DNA from: Leucoraja ocellata
Taxonomy: Eukaryota
Assembly (NCBI GenBank): GCA_036785375.1
Contig: JAWMAR010000346.1
Coordinates: forward strand, 496,001 to 560,000
Reading direction: 5' to 3'
DNA: 64,000 bases
Positions 1 to 29,977 of the stretch are shown here, piece after piece (the stretch's first letter is position 1; the number at the start of each line of letters is the position of its first letter). The notes under the pieces were generated by a model. That model did no database searches and had not been told where the DNA came from. It saw nothing but the letters and a program-made list of their open reading frames with translations. A program made the translations under genes and the position numbers.

Positions 1-1610
1 CAAAGTACCAGTTCAACTCGTCTGCCATTTCCTTGTTCCCATTATAAATTCTTCTGTTTCTGTCTTCAAGGTACCCACATTTGTCTTAACTATATTCTTT
101 CCTCTTCACATACCTAAAGAAGCTTTAATTATCCTCCTTTATATTCTTGGTTAGCTTGCCTTCGTACCTTATCTTTTCTACCTATAATGCCTTTTAAGTT
201 ATCTTCTGTTGCTCCTTAAAAGTTTCCCAATCCTCTGTCTTCCAGCTCATCTTTGCTATGGTATACATCTCATTTATTTTTATACTATCCTTGGCTTCCC
301 TTGTCAGCCATGGTACCCTTTTATTCCCCTTAGAATTGTTCTTCCTCTTTGGAATGAACTGATCCTGCACCTTCTCTATTGTTCCCAGAAATACCTGCCA
401 TTGTTTTTCCACTGTCATCCATGCTTGTGTCTCTTTCCATTCAACTTTGGCCAGCTCCTCCCTCAAGCCTCCATAGTCACCTTTGTCAACAGTAATACTA
501 ACACTTCTGCTTTTCCCACTCCCTCTCAAATTGTAGATTAAAACTTATCATATTATTGTCACTGCCTCCTAATGGCTCCTTTACCTTGAGTTCCCTTATC
601 AAACCCAGTTCATTACACAGCACTAAATCCAGAATTGCCTTCTCCCTGGTAGGATCCAGAACAAGCTGCTCTAAGAATTCACCTCTGAGGCACTCCACAA
701 ACTCCCTTTCTTGAGGTCCGGTACCAACCTGATTTTCCCAGTCTACCTGCCTGTTGAAATCTCCCATATCCACCATAGCATTATCTTTGCTGGATGCCAA
801 TTTTAACTCTTGATTTAACTTGCACCCTATATCCAGGCTACTGTTTGGGGGGCTGTAGATAACTCCCATTAGGGTATTTTTACCCTTACAATTCCTCAGT
901 TCTATCCATACTGACACCACATCTCCTGATTCTGTCACCCCTTGCAAGTGACTGAATTTCATTCCTCACCAAGAGCTACCTCACCCCTCTGCCCACCTGT
1001 CTGTCTTTTTGATAGGAAGTATACCCCTGAATATTGTTCCCAGTCCTCACCCTCTTGTATCTGTGTCTCTGTAATTCCCACAACATCATACTTGCCAATT
1101 TCTAACTTAGCCTCAAGCTCATCCACTTTACTTCTTATACTTTGCGCTTTCATATACAACACATTAACTTCGCTATTCACCTCCCCTCTCACATTATTGG
1201 CCCTGACCTTACTTTCTTATCCCTTCTTAAACTTTCCTTCCCATTAATTTGGGAGTCTTTTGTAATTTTCCCTGTACTCACTTCCCCTTTAACTCCATCA
1301 ATGTACTCCCAATTTGTCAACCCCTCCCCCACAGTTTAAACCCACACGTGTAGCACTAGCAAACCTGCCTGTCAAAATGTTGGTCCCAGTTAAGGTATAA
1401 CCCGTCCCTTTGTATAGGTCACCCGTACACCAGAAAAGATCCCAGTGGTCTATAAATCTAAATCCCTGCTCCCTGCACCAGCCCCTCAGCCACATATTCA
1501 GATCCCCTATCTCCCTGTTCCTGCCTTCACCAGCAAGAGGCATAGGAAGCAATCCAGAGATAACCACCCTAAAGTCCTGCTTTTCAGTTTTCTTCCTAAC
1601 TCTCTAAACT
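1..1610 (-). mobile_element. CR1-clade LINE fragment (ORF1 esterase-like end plus ORF2 AP endonuclease), decayed, runs off window start
   Basis: Minus-strand ORFs give APE motifs (YDVVGITET, MGVIYSPP, MGDFN, PTREKAILDLVL, LGGSDNN) and CR1 ORF1 SGNH-like peptide (VISGLLP...NMWLRGWCREQGFRFIDHWDLFW); frameshifts present. Confidence 0.85.
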
Positions 1611-1619
1611 AACTCCAAC

Positions 1620-2069
1620 AGTACAGAAATTGGCAACTTGAGCGCCCTGGAGAGGAAGAGACTACAAAAAGTAGTAAACACTGCCCAGTCCATCATCGGC
1701 TCTGACCTTCCTTCCATCGAGGGGATTTATCGAAGTCGCTGCCTCAAAAAGGCTGGCAGTATCATCAAAGACCCACACCATCCTGGCCACATACTCATCT
1801 CCCTGCTACCTTCAGGTAGAAGGTACAGGAGCCTGAAGACTGCAACGACCAGGTTCAGGAACAGCTACTTCCCCACAGCCATCAGTCTATTAAACCTGGC
1901 TTGGACAAAACTCTGAACATTAATAACCCATTATTTGTTATTTGCACTTTATCATTTTATTTATTCATGTGTTTTGTAGTCAATGCCTATTATGTTCTGT
2001 GTGCTGAAGCAAAGCAAGAATTTCATTGTCCCATCAGGGACACATGATAATAAACGAACTTGAACTTGA
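1620..2069 (+). mobile_element. Rex1/Babar-like LINE 3' fragment
   Basis: Peptide LQKVVNTAQSIIG..LPSIE..Y..RCLKKA..IIKDPHHPGH..LLPSGRRYRS..TTRFRNSYFP is typical of Rex1-type RT C-terminus; 3' end with AATAAA and (GAACTT)n tail. Confidence 0.75.
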
Positions 2070-2084
2070 GAATATAATCAGCTA

Positions 2085-2190
2085 GGTACTGATTGTAGAT
2101 TATCAGCCATGATCACAATGAATGGCGGTGCTGGCTTGAAGTGCCGAATGGCCTCCTCCTGCACCTATTGTCTATTATCTATTGTCTATT
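2085..2190 (+). mobile_element. CR1-type LINE/SINE 3' tail
   Basis: CAGCCATGATC..GAATGGCGGTGCTGGC..GAATGGCCT.CTCCTGCACCTATT + (GTCTATT)-like tail; the same tail recurs at about 29660, 34560, 35057, 49370 and 63900. Confidence 0.7.
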
Positions 2191-2315
2191 TGTCTGTAAC
2201 TGCCTCTTCTGTAACTTACCTCTCCAGCTCATGCCAGATTACTGCCGCAGTCTTCTTGCTTGCAGACATGAGTTGCTTTGTTTGTTGAGAAATATAATTG
2301 AATATTGCATATTGT

Positions 2316-2545
2316 GTCACGGTGGTGCAGCGGTAGAGTTGCTACATTATAGAGAATGCAGCAGAGACCTGGGCTTGATCCTGACTACGGGTGCTGTCTG
2401 TACGGAGTTTGTACGTTCCCGCCGTGACCTGCGTGGGTTTTCTCCGAGAACGTCGGTTTCCTCCCACACTCCAAAGACGTACAGCTTTGTAGATTAATCG
2501 GTTTGGTAAATGTAAAAATTGTCCCTAGTGGGTGTTGGATAATGT
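2316..2545 (+). mobile_element. tRNA-derived V-SINE (HE1-like)
   Basis: A-box-like GGTGGTGCAGCGG, B-box-like region, then V-domain GGAGTTTGTACGTTC..CGTGGGTTTTCTCCG..GGTTTCCTCCCACAC.CCAAAGAC. Confidence 0.75.
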
Positions 2546-3119
2546 TAATAAATGGTACACAAAATTGCTGGAGAAACTCAGCAGGTGCAGCAGCACTGGT
2601 TAAATGTTGCCTGCAATTCCTGCCCGCGCTAAGTAACCAGTTCCAGATATGGATAATTGATTGAGGAGTGCCCACAACCAAAGGGGATTCCATTGAGGTA
2701 CTGAAGGCTCCATTGTGCTCCTGGCTTCCAGAAGTGGAATAAAGGACCTCTTCCTTTGTTGTACTGTTCTAATTTTTATCTTGGAACTGATGGATTTTGA
2801 CATTCACCATCCTCAAAGGCTTTTTAAATTGATTTGAAATGTCATTGATATAGAGAAGTTTAGCATCCATTCAAAAAGATTTGAATTATTGCAAAAATGA
2901 AAAGTAGCATAAGTATCATGTTTTAAATTTTTATTGCAATTTAAAAATATCTTATATGCTAACAAGTATGTAAAACATTAATATAAAATAAACAAGATAA
3001 ACCACTTACCTTATTTTACAGAATTATGAAATGATTTCACAGTTTTTATACAAGCTAGCTCTGGTATAAAGCTAGGAGCTACATGTAAATGATGAAACCA
3101 TAACCCATCACTCACCTTG

Positions 3120-3276
3120 GCATGATGTTTCTTGCTGCTTGGCACAAATATAGACGCTGAAGCTAAATTGATCAGAGGTACCAGCCTCTGGTCTCCTGTT
3201 CATTTTGCGTTTTTGCATTTGACTATATGCAATAGACAGCGTCTATATTTGTGCCCAGCAGCAAGAAACATCATGC
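3120..3276. repeat. 40-bp inverted repeat with 77-nt spacer
   Basis: 3120-3159 GCATGATGTTTCTTGCTGCTTGGCACAAATATAGACGCTG is the reverse complement of 3237-3276 with one mismatch. Confidence 0.9.
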
Positions 3277-4797
3277 ACAGACATATTGAACAATGGACAG
3301 TAGATAATCCATCATTCTTTAGAGGGCCATTGTCCAAAGGGAGCTCAGTCCCGGCATTGATGTTTTCAAGACATAATGGTATGCAATACAATGTGGAATC
3401 TCAGAGTGGTGGTGTTCCCACATGTCACGTTTGGTGGTAGAAGTCAAACATTGGCATGTTCTGTTGCACCCAGGGACATTGCTTCAGTGCATCACCTAGA
3501 TGTGATATGTTGCATGCAGCCTTGGTGTCTTTGTGGCAGTGGGAATGAAATTTAAGATGATGGACTACATGACAATCTTATATCTGATTTATCATACGTA
3601 CTACCTTGCTTCTTAAGTCTTTTTCACGTGTAAGCAACATGTCCGAGGTACTTACTGAATTGTTTTCCGATTGGTTTATTATTTTTGAACTGACATCTAT
3701 CCTGCTGCATTTAGTAATTCCAGGTGGTTTCTCCCTAAACTGGCCACCAAGACTGGTCAGATCTGAGTTTGCTTATGTTGGTACCATAGAAAGTACAACA
3801 AGAACAGTGATCCAATGTCCCCCTTTGTAATTAGTGTTGGATCTGCATCCATCCACACCAATGGAGACTATTCCATCACAAACCTGACTAGTGCCTTCCA
3901 GACAGTGAAAGGCTTCAAAAGGCAGAAGGTAAAGTTCTCATCTGATTTCTAACCTGCTTTTGTACCATCAGCATATTTTGTGGTTGGTCTTGTTCTGGTC
4001 AGTGATGATCCCCAGGATATTGATGTTGGAAGAGGGAGTAAATGGATTTCCATCAAACGCCATGGCTCAGTCTCGCTAGAGAAGAACATGCTGCTGGATG
4101 TTATTTGTCAAGAATCAGTCCCTGTCCTTGCTCATAATGATGAAATATTTCCCTTGACCAACTGTGAATAGAACTGAAAATTATGTAACGACAAACAAAC
4201 GCCCAGATAATTGAAGAATGGTCTTTCAATAAGCACAAAGCAAAGGCTGGATCTTGCAGTTGTCCCCTGCAACTCCAATAGCAATATACTCTGACTGCGA
4301 AATTGGATCCAATTGAATCATAATACTTTCCTCTGACTTCAGAATATTTCTGCAAGTTAATCCACATTTTTTAGTCCAACGTTGGTTGGTTTGATGTCAA
4401 ACACTGTCACTCTCAAAGATTCTCTGCATGTCGCATGTTAAAGGTATCCGCGATTCTTCTCCTAATCTTGATAAATGGAAAAGCTTCAAAAGATCTGTTT
4501 TTCGGTGATTCCGGTCAATTTCAGGCACTTGTTGAATAACATTGAGAGATTTGGCGACATGGAATAAAACGCTCATTCATTAGATATTTTAAATGTGTGA
4601 ACATCGAACTCATGTGTTAAATATCAACAACCATCAAGACTCGTTTAAACGTGTTATGCTTTGCGAATAATCTTTCAAAGCTTCTCAATAAAATATTTTG
4701 TATTTGAAGTTAAATTCTTAAATTTGGTTCCCACTATTCTTTGATGGCGACGTGCCAACACCTTTATTCCCCATAAGGACCGAGTGACAACGCATCC

Positions 4798-4906
4798 TTA
4801 AAAATAACTTAATATATGAACGGCGGAGCTGACGGTTTGATGCCGAGACCGTTGTGCACCAAATATAGACGCTGTTTTGCTGCGTTAGCGAAAAGTTGTC
4901 TATAAA
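4798..4906 (+). promoter_or_regulatory. Candidate core promoter of MYH gene A (MEF2 site, CArG-like box, TATA)
   Basis: TTAAAAATAA (MEF2 consensus YTA(W)4TAR) 4798-4807; CCAAATATAG (CArG, 1 mismatch) 4859-4868; TATAAA 4901-4906; locally CpG-rich; followed by a plausible short exon. Confidence 0.6.
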
Positions 4907-4931
4907 GATGCACGGGGAACGGCGCCAATTA

Positions 4932-5260
4932 GCCACAGTCTCAGCTCCGCCGACGTACGTCAGTCACGCAATGTAGCTGGTTTTCTCATTAACAAAAAAC
5001 GCTGTCGCAAGTATTTTGTAATTTAAACATTTGTGCTGTTAACTTAACTTTCATAAAAAGACTTAGAGCCGGCCGCGTTATTAATATAGCATGTGGCGTA
5101 CTGGCAGGCATTTAGCATAAATTGAACCAACAGGTTCGAAAATTATCTGTATAGCAACTTCACAGGTGTAAATGTCTTAACAATACAAGACTAATATTTT
5201 CATTGATTTATAGTGGACCTGGTGCGGCAGCCGTTTTCCTTCTGGTGTGGAGAAAACAAG
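4932..5260 (+). other. Putative non-coding 5'UTR exons 1 (about 4932-4954) and 2 (5214-5260) of gene A; next exon starts 6114
   Basis: Donor-like GAC|GTACGT at 4955 about 50 nt after the TATA; acceptor TTTATAG| at 5213 and donor AAG|GTACGG at 5261; acceptor TTCCAG| at 6113. Two short untranslated exons is the usual vertebrate MYH layout. TSS is inferred. Confidence 0.45.
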
Positions 5261-5369
5261 GTACGGACCGGCGCCCCACTATTGTGTTCACGGAGGACCC
5301 AACCATTCAGTGCAGTCCATACTTACACTCAACATTGGTCATTGAACAATGTATGGAGCAGCCATACGT

Positions 5370-5507
5370 GTGTGGGAAGGAACTGCAGATACTGCTTTAC
5401 ACTGAAGATAGACACAAGATGATGGAGTAACTCATGGAGCGGGATGGGCAGCTTCTCTGGGGAGAAGGAATGGGTAATCTTTCCGTCACCCGTTCTTTCT
5501 CTCCACA
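5370..5507. repeat. Short interspersed palindromic-family repeat (Penelope-associated), partial
   Basis: Shares GGAACTGCAGAT..GACACAA..GGAGTAACTC..GCAGC.TCTCTGG with copies near 21710-21840, 26450-26705, 29950/30655, 31695-31870, 37895-38025 and 49195-49290. Confidence 0.6.
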
Positions 5508-6128
5508 GTAGCAGGCATTGATATTATGGACCCTCATAACTGGGGGAATAAACCCGGCGGGGACCTTAGGATGTTAATCGCTAGTTGAATCCACCTGTTG
5601 CTCAGTTTGTAGGTAGTAGTTGGGAAGAGAACACAACTGGCGTAATGTTTCGGTTATTTGGACGGGGAGCTTTTGAAGAGATTGAATGGCATTATTCCTT
5701 AATGGTGAAGGCAAATACGGACAAGCGACATCTTCATCTGTTCTATTTTAATTTAAAGTGTGGGGAAATACACGGTTGGAAACGTATGAAACGCATGAGG
5801 CTGCCAGATGTAATTGTTCAGAGATCAAAGATTGCCCACATTCTTGCCCAAACGATTCTTGAAGCTCAAGTCGAATGTGTTTATCGGGCGTTCCGATATA
5901 AAGGGTTGAGCGCCAGATTATCGTCATCTATCACGTTGAAACACTCGGCACCAATGGATGCCAATCTAAGTGTTAGGAAACTAGGCGTATGTAATGGAAA
6001 GGAAGTGAAAGGGATGCGAAATATCAACCAAGACAGTTTAGTTTCGGCACGAGTTTCCAGCGTGTGTGGTTGTATTGAAATTGCAGCAATGATAACCTTG
6101 CACTGTGTTCCAGCAATAACCCGAAGCC

Positions 6129-24047
<17,919 letters not shown>

Positions 24048-24136
24048 ATGACAACATGAATTTCCCTAAAGAAGAAATCCACAGAATGTGTATTTCTTTG
24101 TGACATACTTTTTATAATTGAAATAATATTGAACGA

Positions 24137-24142
24137 AATAAA
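24137..24142 (+). terminator. Polyadenylation signal of gene A
   Basis: AATAAA about 90 nt after the TAG, followed by T/GT-rich sequence; 3'UTR aligns with that of gene B. Confidence 0.75.
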
Positions 24143-25837
24143 AGTGCAACACTGAATATTCTTTTTGTCAACTTGTCTTTGTCAGATGATTCAATAATCA
24201 TGGTAGGAAAAATAATAATGTGCTGATAGACTCCGGAGAAATTATATTATAAACATAAATATTGGTGTGGGTATAGAATGAGAAAATATTGGAATGGTGT
24301 ACTAAAACACTACTTAATTGAGACACAATCATATTTCACATCAGAAATGAATGAAGAACAAAAGTACCTGTAGTATGAAGTCTAAAATATAAACAAAGAA
24401 TGCTGGAAATGTTCTGCAATGCAGGCTGAATATCTGGGAAATGAAGCAGTTAAGTCCTTGACCTAAAACATTCATTCTGCTTCTCTTCCCACATGTTTCA
24501 TTTTCGGTATTTATTATTTCTTCGTAACGACATTTCAATTTATGCGGTGGAGATTTGTCCAAGCCTGTAAGTGTGCTAGTCTAAACTGAAATGCTTAGGC
24601 CAGGCTTAATTGTAGTTTCAGGCCCAATTATTTTATTTCCCTTGCAGGTGTCTTTATACTCCTAACAATAACGCATATATTTTGAAGTTGCCATTTGCAG
24701 AGTCACCAATCTTCCTTACAATTGCCAGAAATTCATTTTTGAAGCAGAATTTGAGTCGGCACCACCAGAGCGATTATGACAACTATCAAGTTGTAGGTCA
24801 ATTTTAATTCCTGGTCCCAGGACATCGCTCACACTTTTTAAGTACTTTTGAATTGTAAACACAAGCTGCGGAGAATGTAGCAGTCCATTGTACCCAACAA
24901 AGATGAATAGAAAGTGACACAATCACCACCAAATAATTTTTGTATTAGTAAAACTAATAATTCAGAGAAAAATATTCACCAGAAGAATATTCTTCTCCTC
25001 GTGTTTAAATTAGTGTAATACCACTATGATAACAGACAAGGACAATCTGAAATATCATCTCTAAAAACTCACCTTAAGCATTGCAACATTTCCTCAGTAC
25101 TGTACAAACTCCCCACACATAAGCAAGGGGATTGGGGTATTTAATTAGTGCAAGGTTATTCACTGAGTTGCTGACAACATATTAAATTAATATTAAATTA
25201 ACTTTGCTTGCAATCTGCTCTTCTCAATGCCTAACTTTTTCCACCATGTTTAGATGTAACTACCAGGTTAATCAGAACAGATGAGCCCAGTCTATATGGG
25301 CCAAGCAATTGTTCACCCCTTTAACTAATACAAATCACGATTGAGCGTTGTGAAATCTATACCAGGGCGGTTAAAATATTGGTGCCTGTGTCAAAATTAT
25401 ATCGAGAGCAGAATAAAAAGGGGAAGGAAGATTGGATAAAGTGAAACAAAAAAAAGAACGAATGAGACATTAAAAACTAAGAAACATCTTCACAATATTT
25501 AAAGCTGAAATAGTGGAATCCACTCTTATCTAAATTTACATTAAATGCTGGTAATTCAAATCCACCGTGTTGTTAAAAGCATACTTACATTGCAGTGGGC
25601 GGACTCACCTTTCTCAACAATCATGGCATCAATGAATTAGTTTGGCATCTCAACTTCATGTTTACTTCACTGATGAATTTCTTGCTAAGACACATTGAGT
25701 TATACCACTTTAGTCCGATATCCCCATTTGGAAACATTGTCTGTGCCTGCCTATACTTGAAATCAAACTGAAGACGCAGGAATCTGCAATAAAATATAAC
25801 ATACAGAAAGCCCTCAGCAGGTTAGGCAGCATCCTTG

Positions 25838-25868
<31 letters not shown>

Positions 25869-25890
25869 GGGAGAGAGAGACACACACACA
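25838..25890. repeat. Compound microsatellite (GA)n-(G)n-(GA)n-(CA)n
   Basis: Directly visible. Confidence 0.9.
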
Positions 25891-26451
25891 CGGAACTAAT
25901 ACATTAAGTCAACTACCCTTTGTGTCAGAATAGTTCTGATGAACAACCTTTCATCTGATATCAGATGTCCATCCACACCTCAGCCTATTTCCAAGGTCTG
26001 GACTGCAACAGGGACTTGGGTAATGAACACTGATTAAAACCCCACCTGTGAAACACTTTGATAACCTCTAGAAGCTGGAGTTAAAGGTTTCCAATATTCA
26101 GGACTATTACAAGTTACAGCACAGAAACAGGCCCTTTGGCCCAACTTGCCCATGCTGATCAAGATGACCCATCTACACTAGTGTTACCTGCACACGTATG
26201 GCCCATTAGACCCCTCCAAACCTTTACAATCCATGCAAATGTGCAAATGCCTTTCAAATATTATTGTAGTTCCCGCTTGAACTACTTCCTCTGGCAGCTC
26301 TTCCTGTATACCCATCGTGCACCATTACTGTGAAATAATCTCTCTGGCAGTAAACTGTAACAATAAAATCTTTGAATTTTAGTTCTTTAGAATTTGATTA
26401 TTGTCAAAGTTTGTATTTAGAGAATAAAACTTAATTTGACCCGAAGAGATA

Positions 26452-26705
26452 CAAAGAACTGCAAATGTTAATTTACAAAAAAGACATAAATGCTGTAGTT
26501 ACTCAGCGGGTCAGTAAGCATATCTGGAGAACCTGGATAGGTGACATTTCGTGTCGGGATCCTTCTTCAGGCTGATTATGGTGGGCGGGGAAGCTTTCTG
26601 CTCATCACAATCAGTCTGAAGAAGTGTCCAGAGCCGAAACGTCTCCCATCCATGTTCTCCAGAGAAACCGCCTGGCCTGTTGAGTTACTCCAGCACTTTG
26701 TGTAT
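26452..26705. mobile_element. Palindromic Penelope-associated short repeat with a hammerhead-like core on each arm
   Basis: Left arm ACTCAGC..TCTGGAGAAC.TGGAT.GGTGACATTTCG..CCTTCTTCAG is mirrored by right arm CTGAAGAAG..CGAAACGTC..CCATCCATGTTCTCCAGA..GTTGAGTTACT. Confidence 0.7.
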
Positions 26706-27447
26706 TAATTTGACCCTATCTCTTATATCCCTCTTAATCAATCCTTGTTTTTCTTCCTTTAGTGTGCTCTCTGAACACGAATTTGTATTGGAATGTACGT
26801 TTGGGATTACCGATAAATACGTAAGAATCCTTTGTTTAGACAGACAGCAACTATTTAGCTGACACATTTCACACATGCACTGCAGAGGGCACTATGCTGC
26901 AAGGAATCTCCCGTAGGAAACTATCCAAAACGCCAGGAAGATCTTTGGCAATTTGCAAGTCCGACGTTTTGGTAGGCAATAACATTTCTAACCACACGCT
27001 GCTTTTACTCTCTGCAGTTTTGACTAAGATGATAATTAAATTGTATTATTATTGAATGTCGATAATACGGATGATTGGACTTCAACGCTGCCAGGCGAGC
27101 AGATTGCCCGCACTGTTGGTTGTCATTCCTATTAATACCCAAACACATTTTAACTAGGTTTTTAAAAGATTGTGCACAGTATTATAATACATTTTCTAGT
27201 TAAGGCGGTAACGTTAAAGGGAGCGCAGGAGAGTGGAGGTCTGGTGAATGAGCGCATGGTGAGGCTGCTGCCGCGCTGCACAATCACTAAATGCCAGCTG
27301 GCCGGTTATAGTTTTAACGCATTTCCACAAAGACTGCACAATATAATACTTCAACGGTAGACTACCTCGTCAACACGCGTTTTTAATTTAACCTTCTCTG
27401 AACTATTTCAAACACTAATGCAATGGTAGCGGCACAATCCCGAGCAA

Positions 27448-27449
<2 letters not shown>

Positions 27450-27501
<52 letters not shown>
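27450..27501. repeat. (GT)n microsatellite plus poly-G
   Basis: Directly visible. Confidence 0.9.
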
Positions 27502-27502
<1 letters not shown>

Positions 27503-27955
27503 TACAGCCAGTAACAAAAGGTGTGGGCAAAGGGGAGGCAATAGGTGGCAGCTGAAACCTGGTGGTGAGAAGGGGAATGACGGACAGGTGGAGTAGAGGA
27601 AACAGCGGTCGGGAGGTGATTGATAGAAGCAGATAAGGAGACAAAAAAGATCCCGGTGGGGGAACGGGAGGATAGAGACAGATAGGCGAGAAGTGAACAC
27701 AAGTGGCTGCTGATGATGGAATCTGACAATTAAGGAAGGCGATAGTGGAACTAGATCATGGAAGGGAAGATCTGGGTGGTTGGGTGGGGTGGAGATGTTA
27801 GAAGAACCTCGATGGATCCGGATGAGAAAGCACACATGACATGGGTAACCTGAAACACGAAGGTGGAATGTTCATGCCATTGAGGTCCAGACTACCCAGA
27901 GGGAGTGTGAGGTGATGATCTTCGAGTTTGCGTTTGGTCGCACCATGGCCGTGGA
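27500..27955 (-). mobile_element. Penelope-like element remnant (GIY-YIG C-terminus plus pyrimidine-rich 3' region)
   Basis: Minus peptide ATKRKLEDHHLTLPLGSLDLNGMNI resembles the PLE ORF end (RKLEEQHLIFRLG.LQP.GMNI); followed by a C/T-rich tail on the minus strand. Confidence 0.6.
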
Positions 27956-28199
27956 ATACTGTTAATAATTGAGCACATTTCGGAATAGGTGCGATTTCAG
28001 TTCCGATGATCATTGCATTTTAGTTGTGGCATGGGAAGCGGGAGAAGTTTTGAACAGTAGACAGATTTATCTTCGACCAACGTGATCAAATATCACAGAA
28101 ATCGATACCTGGTTCTGTGTACTTCATTTCTGACACGTCACCGCTTGATAAATTTCCTCTTGGCAAATAATTAGAAATATCTAACTACTTCGCTAATGC

Positions 28200-28870
28200 G
28201 CAATTGCCGCATAATCAACACGTGCCATTAAATTCAACTTTTTAAAATTAAATATTAACGTCGTTTTTCCTCTCCGTGCAATGTGGATTTGGACACCTAA
28301 CATTCCTTACCCTGGTCAACTGCTGAATTGAGACGCGTAACAGCTACTGCAACAGCAAAACAAAACACACCATTAACAAATGGACATTAACAAATTATAC
28401 AAAATAAGTTAACGTTTTTTGAGCAAATTTCAAAACAATCCAATTCCAAGGCATGATTACAAAGGATACAGAATAACTCATCAATATGTCAAACATGGTA
28501 GAATATTTAAATAACTAATTCACAATTCGTCAAATGTTAAGAAATACGAATAGCAGCATTAGACGCGGAACCTTGCACGCCTGAACCGTCCGATAGTTTG
28601 TCGCACAACCTATATACACGGAAACATTCTGCCTGCACAGCTAGTCCGCTCCTTATTTGGTGGTTGAAAAGTGTGACGAACAGCTCTGGTTCTCAGATTA
28701 ATTCTTGTTTTCTCCTATCAGGATAAAATTAGAGAAGCGGTGTCAATAGTTCCGCCGAGCTATTAATCCATGTCATCACGTCAAAAGCAGAAGCGGCAGA
28801 GCGAACGTGTGCCAGGTTTAACACTGCACCTTACCGGAATGAATGAATTTACTAAAATAAAGGAATAAGC
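28200..28870. promoter_or_regulatory. Candidate intergenic muscle enhancer
   Basis: Non-repetitive, CpG-retaining island with perfect CArG CCTTATTTGG (28651-28660), M-CAT CATTCCT (28301-28307), GGAATG (28836-28841) and E-box CAACTG (28317-28322). Motif evidence only. Confidence 0.4.
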
Positions 28871-29069
28871 CACAAATAAAATTCAGCAAATTTATCTCCC
28901 TCCCCGCCAATATTTTAGTTTACAATAATTACTATAACTCTCGTTTTGAACGCGCGAAGTTTACAGTTTCATTGGAAATGCGAGACTTGATTTCTGTCCT
29001 CGAATGTCACAGAAATTAAATCCCGAAATCATCGTATTTCCTGAGCATCAAAAACCGATGTTGGCAGTC

Positions 29070-29735
29070 TATGAAAGTAAGCATGCAGGTACAGCAGGCA
29101 GAGAAAAAAGCGAATGGCATGTTGGCCTTTATAACAAGAGGAATCGGATATGGGAGCAAGGAGGTCCATCTGCAGTTGTACAGAGCCCTAGTGAGACCAC
29201 ACCTGGAGTATTGTGTGCAGTTTTGGTCCCCTAATTTGAGGAAGGACATTCTTGCTATTGAGGGAGTGCAGCGTAGGTTTACAAGGTTAATTCCCGGGAT
29301 GGTGGGACTGTCATATGCTGGGAGAATGGAGCAGCTGGGCTTGTACACTCTGGAGTTTAGAAGGATGAGAGAGGATCTCATTGAAACATATAAGATTGTT
29401 AAGGGTTTGGACACACTGGAGGCAGGAAACATGTTCCCGATGTTGGGGGAGTCCAGAACCAGGGGCCACAGTTTAAGAATAAGGAGTAAGCCATTTAGAA
29501 CGGAGATGAGAGAACACTTTTTCACACAGAGAGTTGTGAGTCTGTGGAATTCTCTGCCTCAGGTTCTCTGGATACTTTCAAGAGAGAGCAAGATAGGGCT
29601 CTTAAAAATAGTCTGAGGCTATGGGGAGAAAGCAGGAACGGGGTATTGATTGGGGATGATCAGCCATGATCACATTGAATGGCGGTGCTGCCTCAAAAAG
29701 CTGAATGGCCTACTCCTGCACCTATTGTCTATTGT
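29070..29735 (+). mobile_element. CR1-clade LINE 3' fragment
   Basis: [60 protein letters not shown]; canonical tail CCTACTCCTGCACCTATTGTCTATTG. Confidence 0.9.
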
Positions 29736-29977
29736 AGTCACTTGCCTCACTTGGCCAGCGTTCGATCTTTGTGCCCCTGGGGTGCCGTTGCCATCATGAA
29801 TCTTTTTACCCTCCTCTCCGGCCCTCGGGCACTAGCAGACCAGTGCTCACAGCTTGCCTCTTGGGGATGGGTTTCCCAGCTATGTGGCGGGTGAGCCAAG
29901 CCCGCTACCAGGAGAAATCTGTGGCAACAGAGAATGGAAGGCTATTGATGTAGGAAGGAACTACAGATGCTGGTTTA

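Noticed and set aside
2316-2400. tRNA gene
   Set aside because: The A/B-box-like head is followed by the V-SINE body; no complete cloverleaf.
3001-3120. Minus-strand donor-like motifs (CTTACC, CTCACC) suggesting an antisense gene
   Set aside because: No convincing matching acceptors or coding signal.
27383-27835. Overlapping minus ORFs with PPPP/THTH tracts
   Set aside because: Produced by the microsatellite and low-complexity Penelope tail.
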